In this document: positions 33,297-45,215 of the stretch, in pieces | Layout of the letters: each line of letters starts with the position of its first letter | Numbering within the stretch: the stretch's first letter is position 1 | The notes under the pieces: generated by a model | What the model was told of the DNA's origin: nothing | The model's database searches: none | The model's input: the letters and a program-made list of their open reading frames with translations, nothing else | DNA from: Monocercomonoides exilis PA203 | Lineage: Eukaryota > Protista > Preaxostyla | Assembly (NCBI GenBank): GCA_001643675.2 | Contig: LSRY02000013.1 | Span: forward strand, 310,001-374,000 | DNA length: 64,000 nt | Direction of reading: 5' to 3' | Program-made: the position numbers and the translations under genes

Positions 33297-35519
33297 ATGA
33301 AGATTTTGCATCGTTCAATCCAAAGAAATGGAGCAGGGTTTGTTTTGTTGAATAAAATAAATATTTAAACAATGAGAACATTTTTTATTTTAAATTCATA
33401 AAAACAGAACAGTAAATTTAATACCTGAGACAGATGACGATCTATGGCATGCATTCAATCTTATTCAAATTGGAGATTGCGTATCGACGAAAACGATGAG
33501 GTTTTTTTTGTTCTTATTCTGTAACGTATTTGTTAAAACAATTTCAATTATTATTCAACTATTTTTATAGGAGAGTCAAATTAGAAACTCAAGCTAATGC
33601 AACACGTGGAGAGGTCTGAAAAATAAAGATTTTGAAATAAATAATTAGATTGATATTTTTCATCAGAGGGTTCCAGTTTTCTTAAAAATAGCTGTTACAA
33701 GTTCGTACTTTAATGGACAAGAACTTGAACTGCGAATAAAAGGTACTATTAGAGACAGCCATCAACTTGGAATCCAAAACGGTTCATCTCACACTTTAGT
33801 GATGCAAACTGGAAGAAATTTCGTACTTGAAAAATACAAATGGGATGATTTATATCTTGATCGATTGCGAGAAGCCACAGAAGCACCGCGAAGTGCAGAT
33901 ATTGGAATAGTGGTTATGCAAGAAGGAATTGCCCATGTATGTGTGGTGAAGAACTCTGTAACAATAGAAAAAGCAAAGGTTGTCACAAATATCCCTCGGA
34001 AAGCATCAACTTTTATAACCAGGATGGGAGGTTCTGGCAGCAGCGCAAGCAAAGGTGGGAGTGATATGAGCTCACATTCAAAGGTGTGACTTAATATTTT
34101 GCATATGTATATTTATCGTGATGAATAACTTCCTTTGATTGTTAATTGTTATTATTATTATTAAAAATAATAATACAATGAATAATGATTGAACCATGCT
34201 GGTGCTCTTATTATTCGCAAACCACAATTCTGAACTGACTGCTTTGCTGTTCAGGGAATAAACAGGTTTTTCTATGAAGTTCTGAGTGCAATGAACAAAG
34301 CATTCAACTACGATTTGTGTGGCAACATTCTCATCGGATCACCCGGCTTTGTGAAAGACGACTTCTTAAAGCAAGTGCTGGTGCCTTCCAAAGGCGCAAC
34401 CAGCTCTTCTCCTTCGACCGGCTCTTTCTCTTTCACTTCAATCAACGCTGATTTGTACCGCAACAAGCACAAAATAGTTGCAGTGCACTGCTCTTCAGGT
34501 CATCGCCATGCTGTGCAGGAGCTGCTCTCGTCGCCTGCCGTTGCGTCGCTGCTGTCAGGCAACAAGGCGAGCCACGAGGAGACGCTGATGCAGGAGATGA
34601 TGCGGCTGATTGCAGTCGACACGAAGAAGGTGAGCTATGGACTGGAACACGTGAGGAAGTGCGTGGCGGTGGGGGCTGTGAAGGATTTGCTCGTGTCAGA
34701 GGCGCTGCTGAGGCAGGTGGAAGGGGAAAAAAGGGCTGTTCTGATGAGGATGATGAGAGACGTGGGAAACAAAGGAGGGAAAGTGCATCTGTTTTCGGAT
34801 ATGAATGCTGCTGGTGAACGTTTGCTAATGTTTTTGATACAAAAAATTATTCAATGATTTTTTATTCTGTTTTCTTTCAAATGAATATAGAACTCAACCA
34901 GCTTGGAGGAGTGGCAGCGATTCTTCGGTATGAAATGGAGGAAGACGAGGAAGAGGAAGAAGCAGAAAGAGAGTCACATTCGAAGGCAGCAGGAAGCAAA
35001 GAGAAAGAAGAGCGAAAGAAGTCGAAAGAAGATTTGGATGAGCTTCGGTTTGTTGTTGGGAGAGGAGCGAGGGGGCGGGGCGTGTGGAGCTGCGGAGACG
35101 AAAGGGCAGACAGCTTTGAGGAGGAAGGAGAGAACGAAGAATACGACGACGGGAAGAAGAAGAAGAAGGACGGAATGAAAGGCCGAGCGGGAGAGGAGGA
35201 AGGGGCAGAGGAGTCTGGCTGGTTTGACAGCGAGTTTGACATGGAAGCGTTCATCAGCAGAGACATTTGGGTGCTGAGGGATGCAATGTGTGGCACAGCT
35301 GATGCGAAACTCGCAGCTATCAAAGAAGAAGAAGAAGAAGGAGATGGAGGAGAAGAAAAGAAAGAAGAGAAAGGGAAAGCAGAAGGAGCCGGGAAACAAC
35401 AGAAGCAGAATAAGAAAGGAAAGAAAGGCGGAGAAAAAGCACTTTTGTCCGATTCGGTTGATCCATCGCGCTCGGCTGAAGAAATCGGGACAGAAATATT
35501 GGATGACTTTGGCTTTTGA
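33297..35519 (+). CDS. PELO: Pelota/Dom34 ribosome rescue factor, multi-exon, with acidic C-terminal extension
   Basis: MKIL...LIPETDDDLWHAFNLIQIGD, LRIKG, HTL, KWDDLYLDRL, VVMQEGIAHVC, ILIGSPGFVKDDF, HCSSGHRHAVQELL, YGLEHV, LNQLGGVAAILRY. Confidence 0.95.
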
Positions 35520-36022
35520 GTTCGTTTTGGTTATTTTACATTTTAAATATTTATTTTTATTGCATTTTGTGTTGATTTTTGTTAATGTTGAATTCTGAAA
35601 GGGAAAAAAATAAAATAAACAAGAGAAGAAAAGCGAACTAAGTTTTGCAATGAAAAAAAGGAAGGAATTGAAATAATAAAAAATGAAAATAGATTTCTTT
35701 ATTTAAAAAAAATAAAAAAAAAACAGCATTTGTGATGAGAGGGGTGCAATGGAAGGGCAAATCAGACTGAAAGCAAAGCTCAAAAAAGGAAGATGGAACA
35801 CTTTTTATATTGAAAAAAAAAGGAGCTTCAACATTTTGGAGGAAGAAAAGAAGGAAGGAAGGAAAGAGAAATGACGCTCAAATGCATTGCGCATAAACAA
35901 TCGGCCAGAAGAAGTGGATGGTCAGCAGTCTCATATTTTTTTCTTTACAAACTCATAATGGATAATGCAATTAACTTTCAATTTTTCATTTTCTTTTTTT
36001 CTTTTTTTTATAATTTCTCTCC

Positions 36023-39000
36023 TCAAAACGGCTGTCTTTTTGCAGAGTTGCTGTCTAATATCTCCTGTTCCTGTGCCGAATACAACATCCTGTTGAACAA
36101 GCCCTTCGCGAAATATTCTGCAATGGCATCAAATCCATCAGCCGAGCACGCACTCATAAACGTCTGGAAGTCTTTGCTTCTGCCATCATCGTCATCTTCT
36201 GGGCGTTTGCCCTCAAAGGCATTAGAACCAACAATAGCAGAAGAAGAGGAGGAGGAAGAAGAAGAAGAAGAAGAAGAAGAAGCAGTCGAAGAAGAGCCGA
36301 GCACCGACAGACGCACCTGGTCCATTCTGTTTGAGATGTCTCTGATGTGGCTGCTGCATTCGTTGCATTTTGTCTCGTCCATCAGACATCTGCTGTGGAA
36401 CGAGTGGCCACACAGAAAACGCACCACGGGGAGCTCAAGGGTCGCTTTGCAGTGGTCGCAGATGGTGGACTGGAAGATTTGGGTGCTGAAAAAAAGAATA
36501 GAAAAGGTTAGAGAAGAAAAGGATAGAAGAAAGATAAAAAGAATGTTGAATTGAAATAGAATCAAAAATTAAATTTAAAATTTTTAAGTTATTTTAACAA
36601 ACGTGTTTTGCAATGCTCTTGTTTCTCTGTTTCTGTTTGCAATGACTGACCTCAGGTCTTCGCAGTGCGACGCCAGCGACGAAATCTCCTCTTCCTCTTC
36701 TTCGATGCAGCTTTTGATGTAACTTCTGACTGTGGAGAGAGAAATCTCCTCGTTCTGTGCAAGTATTTGGAGTGCGGGGAGTGGAGGAAGGTCTTTGATC
36801 TCACGAATTCCTGAGAAAGAGAAAAGGGGAAGATTAACGGAGATGGAAGGTTGTTTATTGAATGTTAAATATGACACAGAAATATCACAAGAAAACAGTT
36901 AAAAATATTATTCAGGTAAAACAAATAATCAATTGAATGAATAAATAAATGAAAAGAATGAATAAAAAAGAAAGAGAAAAAGAAAGAGGTCAATCAAACT
37001 GTCTAAGAATCGCTTGATGTATTCGTCTCTGATTGAGGCTGTGCATTCTCCTTTGGACGAGCGAAGGGAAGAAAGAAACGTCAGCGCCTGATTCCACAAT
37101 CGCGTGTCATAATGTGATCCCTGTCGAGATTGAGAGAAAGAAAGAAAGAAAATGCAATAAAATAAATAAATAAACAAATAAATAATAAGCATAATGATGA
37201 GTTCAATAATTCGTATTTTTTATTTCAAAAAAAAGATTCAACATTATCACACCTCTTTTGGGATGCCGTGTTCTTCACATGTCAAAAGCAGTGCTTCGTA
37301 TCTCTCCTGCTCTGTCATCACACCCCCTCCTTCCTCGTCTTCCTCCCAATCTTCGTCTTCCTCGTCATACTCATCCAGCTCATCCTCAAAGCCCATCCTT
37401 CCTCCGCTGCCTCGTTTGTACCCTCTTTTCCCATATCTTCTTTCTCCTTCGTCTTTCTCCTTCTTCGCAGCACCTCCTCTTCCTTCTTCTTCGCTTTCTT
37501 CTGACTCCTCACTCTCACTCTCATCATCATCGTCGTCTTCGTCATCCTCTTCCTCTCCATCGCCTCTCCTTCCCTTTCTCCCTCCTCTCCTCCCCTTCCC
37601 CCTCTCCCCGCCCTCCCTTCCAGCATCCATGTAATACTGCAGTATCTCCTGGTGCATATGCCCTTTCTCATACAGAAACATCACCCCTGACCTAAAGCCG
37701 TAGTGTCTGCATATCTCCAGCACAGAGCGGGTGTCGTAGCAGCTGCTGTGTCGCATCAGAATCTGCTTGACCATCTCCCGCCGCTGCTGGATGAGCACTG
37801 ACCGCGCCTGTTTGAGTGTGAGAAGAGGAGAAGAAGAAGAGGATGAGGAAGAGGACGAGACCGCTGTTGACATTGGCTGCATGGCCATCGATGGATGTGC
37901 ATTCAACGCAGAAGAAGAAGAAACAGAAGAAGCAGATGAGTTAGCAGAAGCAGCCATAATTTCTCTCTTCTGGTTGAGTGCGATGATCTCAGCAACAAAC
38001 GGGTTGTTGTGCAGATGTCGCCCTTTCAAGTCCTCGTTCTTCAGAAGAGACTCAATTATCTGGTGGTAAAAGAACTTTGACTGGTTCGTGTCAAAACGGT
38101 GGATTTCGGTCAGAAAGCGGATCTGCATCGCCGGCTGGTCAACAAACAGATGGAGAACACTGTCGACTTTGGTGATTCCTCTCTTGCTGCCTCTCTTCTT
38201 CGCTTTGCTAGCAGAAGAAGAAGAAGAAGATGATGATGATGATGAGTTAAACCCAGGAGACTGAGAAGGAGAAGGAGAAGGAGAAGGTGTGGCAGACGGG
38301 TCTGTTGAGAGTGCAGGAGAGGGAGATGGATAAGGCAGCACGTCTGGCTGTCTTCTCGAGTCATCTGCTTCTCCTCCATCGCTCTCCTCTTCGTCTTCAT
38401 TCCCTCCTTCTCTGCCTGCCCTGCCCTGCCCATCAAAACTCTGCGTCTTCCCTTGTTGTCTTCCAGAAGCACCTGAAGAGGCAGAAGAAGAAGAAGAAGA
38501 AGCAGAAGATGCTCCACCTTTCTTGTTGATTGGCAGACCAGTTGTGCACATTGTCACCAGCAGCTCAGTCGTCTTTTCCCTCTCCTTCGCCAGAAGAAGC
38601 TTGCCATACTTCAAAATCGCCTCTTCCCACTCTCTTTGCACCGAAAACTGGCCCAGCCGCTCGAGCGCCAGCTGATAGCGGAGGGAAGGCACGTCCAGCG
38701 GAGAGACAGACAGAGAAGAAGGCTGATGAGGCAGCGAGACAGACGGAAGAGCTGAGGCTGAGGACGAAGACAACCACATCGGCATTCTGTCACTCGCTAT
38801 TCTTTCTCTTTCTCTTTCTCTCTCTCTCTCTCTTTCTCTCTCTCCCTCTTCTCCTCTTCCTATCTCATTCCCACTTGCCCCTCCATTCCCCCCGCTGCCT
38901 CCTTCCCCGGCCTCTGCAAAGCGCCCTTCCAACACAATCCTCAGCCACCAGTCTCTTCTACCGTATTTGTCTGCCAAATTCAGCGCCTGCCGCTCGAAAC

Positions 39001-41872
39001 CTGCTTGGAAACAGACACGAATGGCTGTGTCTACATCGAAGGAGAAGGTGGAGGCTGAGGCTGCTGCTGATGATGTTGGTGATGATTGAGTAGAGGATCC
39101 TTCGAGTTGTTTCTTCAATGCAGCTGATTGAGGAGGAAGTGAAGAAGAAGAAGATGATGATGATGGTGACGAAGCAGAAGAATACGATCTCTGCAAGAAC
39201 GAGTTGAGTGCTGTCTGCTGCTGCAATATGGTGAAGCAGTTCACAAGCAGCGTGGTGTGGTCAGGAGTCGCCAGGAACCGCTTCATCCGCATCACTTCGA
39301 CTGTATTCGCCCCACACCCAGCCTCCGCCACGCGCCTGTTGTGCTGCTCAGTGAATGTGTGGAGGGCCTCCAAGTACTTAGCAAGCAGATCGACACGCTG
39401 CGCCTCCATCAGCCGGGCGATGGGGTAGCCTGGCTCAACAAACCCGATTGTCCGGATGTACTCGGCCACAGCAGCTGCTGCGTCGCCTTTGGAGAGAAGA
39501 GAGTCTGCATACAGCCTGTGGAGATCGACTTCAACAGAGGAGTCGAGGGGCTTGAGGGAAGAAGAAGAGGAGGAGGAAGAAGAAGAAGGAGAGGGAGAAG
39601 AAGAGAGGAAGGTGGGAGAGGGAGATGGCTGCTTCTGCTTGGCAATTCCGATGGCGATGTCGAAGAGCTCGCGAGAGACAAGAACGTCCTTTTTGGAAGA
39701 GAAGTCCTTTTCGAAGAGGAGATAGAGACGAGACTGGAAGGAGGCATCTGAAGAAGAAGAAGAGGAGGAGGAGGAGGAGGAAGAGGAAGAGGAAGAGGAA
39801 GAGGAAGAAAGAGGAGAAGGATGAGCATTGGATGAAGGATCGGGTGCCTGTGTGAGCAGAACAAGTCCGCCGAATGCAGAGATGACATCCACAATTGAGC
39901 CAAACAGCTTCGATTCGACTGAAACAGGAGAATTCTGAGAGGAAGAAGAGGAGGAAGAAGAGGAGGAGGAAGAGGAAGAAGAAGATATTTTTGCAATGGA
40001 AGTGGAGGTGGGGGCAGAAGGAGGAGGGTTGGGGAAGACAGGGTTGGAGAAGGCGATGAACTTGAGGCGGGTGTCGATGACTGTCATTGTCGATGCTGTG
40101 GAAGAGTCCTGTCTGCCACTCAAAGCAGAAGAGGCAGAAGAAGAAGAGGAGGAAGAAGAAGAAGAAGAAGAAGAATATCCACGATAGCTGGATGAGAGGG
40201 AAGAGGCAGAAGAAGAGGAAGAGGACGGCAAAGCGCCAGCGCCGATGCCAGCAGCCGATGAAGAAGGGGAGTTCTTCTGTGAAATGACTACGCAATACGA
40301 GCGGAAGGAGGCGAACTTTGTGATTCTGTCAGCGACGGCGAAGGTGTTGCCGATGGTGAATGTCTTGTCGCGTGCCATGAAGAGGTAGGTGCGGATGCCC
40401 TGGCTGTTCCACGCCATGTACTCTCCATTCTGCGAGGCACACCCACGCTCTTCACTCGGGACACCCATCATGTCAACGAGGGTCTGAGAAGGAGGAGGAA
40501 GAAGAAGAAAAGGAGGATGAGGAAGAGAAAAAATATATATATTAAAAAAAGGAATGTAACAATGTTGTGTTGTATTTAAAATAAGTTATGAAATTATCCA
40601 ATCAATCGCTTCTTTCTCTTAAACTCTCTCTTTCTTTCTCTCTCTCTCTCTCTCTCATTCCTCTTCATTCATACCACAGGATACTCTTTGCTTGCAAACG
40701 GAGTCGTCTGAAGTGCTCTGATGCAAATGCGGTTCGCCACAAACAAAGCAAGCGCAGGCATCTTCTGCCCAGTCGGCGACACACCGTTGGCAACATGTGG
40801 ATCGTAGTCTTCTGCAAAGAAGAGCGTGCACACTCCTGGATTGGGCTCACAGGTGGGTGGCAGTGGAGGCTCTGGATTGAAAGAGCAGATATTGAAAATA
40901 TAAGGGTGTTGTAACATTGTCAAAAAAAGAATAAAAGAAATAGAGAAAAACGATCAAAGTGAATGAAATTATTTGTATTAAACGAAAAAAAAAAAAACCT
41001 GTCCAAGATGGTGGACGCATTGAAGTCGGAAAGCCGTCAAGAGGAGAAAATGTGAATCTTGTTTGCTCTCTCGGTTCTCCTTTGTCTCGCCTGTCTCTGC
41101 CTTTTGTTGGCTCCGCTGGCTCTGTTTTTTCTAAATTTTGAACTATCACATCTCCATTACTAAATCCAAGAGCTGCTTGGTTTCCCCAGCTCGAACATGC
41201 AACTGCAGTTAGTGAAGGCTATGTGTTTAATTAATTAAAAAAAAGGAGAATTCAGTACAAATAAAGCATGTAAATATAAAAAATGAATAAGACAAACATC
41301 ATTTGGTCTTTCAAAAAGGTGTACACTAACAGGTTGAGGATTTTGTTCTACCAATGAAGATAGCTTCCAAACAAGCATTTGTATTTTTGAAGAAGTTGCT
41401 TCTTCAGAAAAGGTGACTGAAAATGAATGTTTATCATTTTTCGAAAATAAAATGCAATGAACAAACAAAGAAGTTTTCCATTAGAAGCAATGCATAAATA
41501 TCGTATGGACTTAGGATGAGCTTTAAATGAAACAGATTTAAGAGTTGTTCCCTTTGAATTTGTAAATATTGTCAAATGAAAATAAATTTGTAAAAAGAAA
41601 AGTTTTCATACCACTTTCTGTATGACAATGATTTTTCCATCCTATTTTATGTGGAAAATAGTATGTAAAGAATCGAAATTTTTGAAATTCACATTAAAAT
41701 GTTCATCAACAAAAAAACAAACATTACAGCCGCAGTAAAGAAACTGCTCGAATCCATCTGCACAAAGCACTCCTTCAAATGGTATACCATTTCCTTCTAT
41801 ATCGCATATAGGTAATAGATGAGGTGGAGAGAAGAAATTGAAGGTTCTAGATGCTGGTATGGAAAGAGCCAT
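36023..41872 (-). CDS. VPS11: Vacuolar protein sorting 11 (HOPS/CORVET core), multi-exon, with poly-Ser insertions
   Basis: N-terminal FNFF and beta-propeller-like exons; HRLYADSLLSKGD...AVAEYIRTIGFVEP...LEALH...DHTTLLVNCF; C-terminal RING-H2 IFQSTICDHCKATLELPVVRFLCGHSFHSRC. Confidence 0.92.
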
Positions 41873-42171
41873 GTTAAAGTAAGGGTCAATTTTTTTTTCA
41901 ATTTTGTAATTATAAATCAGTGTTGCTAAAATGTGAGACTAAGTGTCAGTATTATAACTTATAATGAATTGAAATAAATAAGGAAAAACTATGAAATATA
42001 ATGCAAAAAATATCTATCTCAAAATCTAAATAAAAAAACCACTTAATCAAGTTAAGAAATTAAAAATTAACGCAGTCATATAGTTTGTAAAAAAATAAAG
42101 GAAAAGGGGAAAAAAACCAAAAAAATAAAGAACAAAAAAGCGAATTCAGTGATGTGATTGTCTTCTCAAAA

Positions 42172-44130
42172 TTAAACGTCAGACTCCATTCCAGCTGATT
42201 TATCATCATCAGCCTCTTCTGCTTCTTCTGCTTCATCATCTTCCTCTATTTCCACAATAACAGCCGCACGAGGCACAAGTTTCGCCTCCTGCAGTGTCTG
42301 GTCCGGGCGGTGGATGTCGCGAGGCAGTGAAATCAATCGCAGTGAGTGGGGCAGCAGCTCTGGCTCCTTCCTTTTGATGACAGCCACCACATTCTGAATG
42401 GTGTGTGTGGAGAAGAAGCGGCGGGTGAATGAAGTGAAGCCAGCAGGCATCCGAATCTGAAGTGTGCAGATAGACAAGGCAGCGCCTGCATCGGCTGTTT
42501 CTGAGGCATCTGGCTCATCGACATAATACTTCTCGACTTCTGCCTCGAGTGACTGCATCGTCTGCCTCTTCTGCCTCTCTTCCTCTCTTTGCGCTGCCTC
42601 TTCCTGCGCTCTCCTCTCAGCCTCTTCGATCTCCTGTTGCATGACCATCTTCATCAGCCGCTCCTCCTCCTCCTTCTTCGACATCTCCTTCGCCTGGTCG
42701 ATCAGCATCGACTCTTCATACTCTGCCTGCGTCGACTCTCTGATCATCCTGTCTTCCTCGATCTTCTGCTGCTCCTCCGGCGAAAGCTCAACATGCTCTG
42801 TGCTTTCGTACATGTCGCCGTACCCTGCAAAGTCGCTGCCAAACGGGTCGTATGGGGAACCTGAAGTGAAAGAAGAGGAAGAAGAGGAAGAAGAAGAGGA
42901 GGAAGACGAATGTGACTTCAAAAACGGATCAATCTGGTTGACTTCTGCTTCGTCTATTCCGGCATCCAGAAGCGCTGCCTGCCCCGAACGGAAGTCTTCG
43001 ACGGCTTCGCAGAGCTCAGCAAGGAAGACATCAATAGGCTCAGATGCAGATGATATGCTTGAGGGAGAAGAAGAAGAAGAGGATGATGATGAAGAAGAAG
43101 ACGAGGAAGAAGAAGAGGATGGAGGAGAAATAGGAGGAGCGGAAGGGGTAGGGGAAGATTTGGCTGATGGCGGAGAAGCAGCTGAGTTAGCTCCGCACTT
43201 GTTGACTAAAAGAACATGGATGGCTCCGCTCAGACTGCCGTACAATGTGAATGATGGAATGACCTTTCGGAAAGCTGTTTTATTGTCGGTTTCTGCTGGA
43301 AGAGTCACTCCAAAGAAGCAAGCGTTCTCTTCTATAAACTCAAGAATGCCTGGCGAGCACAAATACTTCTTCAAAAAGGAATCTTCGCATTCTCCTTTCT
43401 TGTGGACAAATAATGCAAATAATTTACTGATAATTGTTGATGTTATTTTTATGATTTCAATAAAACATTAATTTGAAAAAACAAGAATATATGATTGGAC
43501 AAACTTTTTATTAAATGCATAATTCATTGCAGTAAAAAGCGATCCTGTAATGTATGATGGATATTTAACACCTTTCAATCGCTTTATTGTATCAACAAAA
43601 AGTGTATTTGATTTTTGCTTCAATGTTTGATCGTTCAAATGCATCAAAAGCATTTGTATTTGATAAACTGAATATAGTTTAGTCAAATTTCCTCTGAGTA
43701 TTATGATTGGAAGCTCCCCATTTGACTGGGAGGGAGACAGCGAAGCATCAATTTTGGTTTGTGGACTTAAACCGGAATTTTGTTTTCTATTTTGAATGCC
43801 AGTGGAAATGTCAGTTGTATCTCGATCTAGTCCTGCTCCAATTGTCGAAATTGCCGAACAACGACTTGGATTATAAATAAATGTGAATTCCTTTGGATGT
43901 TGATGAAAATCTTTTAGTATAAATCGAGATTCTTGTTCTTCTGGAACGGGAATTTTTGGCTGAATGAGTTGAAGTGTTTGGGGAGGATATCCAACGTTGT
44001 TTCCAACTATTTCCTTAAATTGTGTTATTGTCATTTCTTCTTCGACATTAAGATCAATAGAATAAGATGTTTGTTTGTTTGGAATATGTACATTTACGGT
44101 CGTTGACCATTTTGATACAGAAGATCCCAT
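42172..44130 (-). CDS. UBX-domain p97/Cdc48 cofactor (FAF-like: Ubl, UAS-like, coiled coil, UBX), 2 exons
   Basis: IRESTQAEYEESMLIDQAKE coiled coil and C-terminal LQIRMP...RRFFSTHTIQ...TLQEAKLVPRAAVIVE (UBX). N-terminal ubiquitin-like segment; begins MGSSVSK. Confidence 0.8.
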
Positions 44131-44420
44131 TTGTTTTTTTACGAAGGAAGAATGATATTTTGGACAGAAGCAATATTATGATGGGTTAAAAGAAAAATTA
44201 TTTAATTTTTCAAAACTTCATTTTATATTGAAGTTAATTTTTATGATGGAAACAGGCATCTGCGACACACATTTTTTGCGTGCAATTTGTCGGTCGAGAA
44301 ATTATTCATTTGTCGAAAAGATTGAAATGATTTTTTTTTCCCTAATTTTGCAATTCATGAATATATCTGACTTTCCCAAACTTCACTGCTTTATTTTTAT
44401 TTTGGCAAATGTATATTATA

Positions 44421-44857
44421 GGGGAACACGAATTTTTCTAATTTTTTATTATTAACGAATTCTATATAGTATAAGAATCATTTTTTAGTTAATAAAAATT
44501 TGAGATCATCTAATTTTTTTTGATAAATAATAATCAAGGATTCTTAGTATTTATGGGATAGATCAATAAATTTTCATGTTATTTTTGAGTGCTAACCTTA
44601 TAAAGAAGAACGGGAACAAACCCTAAACCCAAGATCTGTTACGCAAACCCTAGAACCTAAACCAATCTATTAATGTGGAGATTATTTTAGAATTTTAACC
44701 CAAATAATTAAAAAAACACTGGGTCAGATCAAAATGTTTTGATAGAAAAAAAGAAATTTTTATGATTGATGATCTCAAATTTTAATTAATTTATAAATGA
44801 TTCTTATACAATGTTATTTCCGTTTTATATAAAGAATTTGAAAAATTCGTGTTCCCC
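44421..44857. mobile_element. MITE (~437 bp) with ~90-bp imperfect TIRs, TA-flanked
   Basis: ta|ggggaacacgaatttttc ... gaaaaattcgtgttcccc|ta; further paired segments ataagaatcattt/aaatgattcttat and tttgagatcatc/gatgatctcaaa. Confidence 0.75.
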
Positions 44858-45215
44858 TATCATCTCCTTTTGCCTTTATTTTTTTATTTTATTTTATTTT
44901 ATTTATTTTTTATTTTTATTTTCAAACTTTCATTCAATTTTATCTTTTTATTATTTATTTTTATATATATATATATTTTTGAAGTGAAAGAATTTCATGT
45001 GCGTCAGCAAATACCGATTCATGCCTGACAAAAACCAATGAAGCTGCATGCTTTGGATATGCCCCAGATGTATTTCAAAAGCCCACAAGATGATTTGCTG
45101 AAAGAAAGATTTTTTCAATTTTCCATTGTGTTAAAAACAATTGTTAAGGGGCATCTTGATCATCTGGAAAATATAAAATTTTTAAAGTCAAAAGAAACTT
45201 CCATTCCTCTTGAGA

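Noticed and set aside
37194-40295. Numerous overlapping ORFs on both strands over Vps11 (similarly over UBX, Pelota and the Ser-rich block)
   Set aside because: Shadow frames of low-complexity GAA/TCT sequence with no domains.
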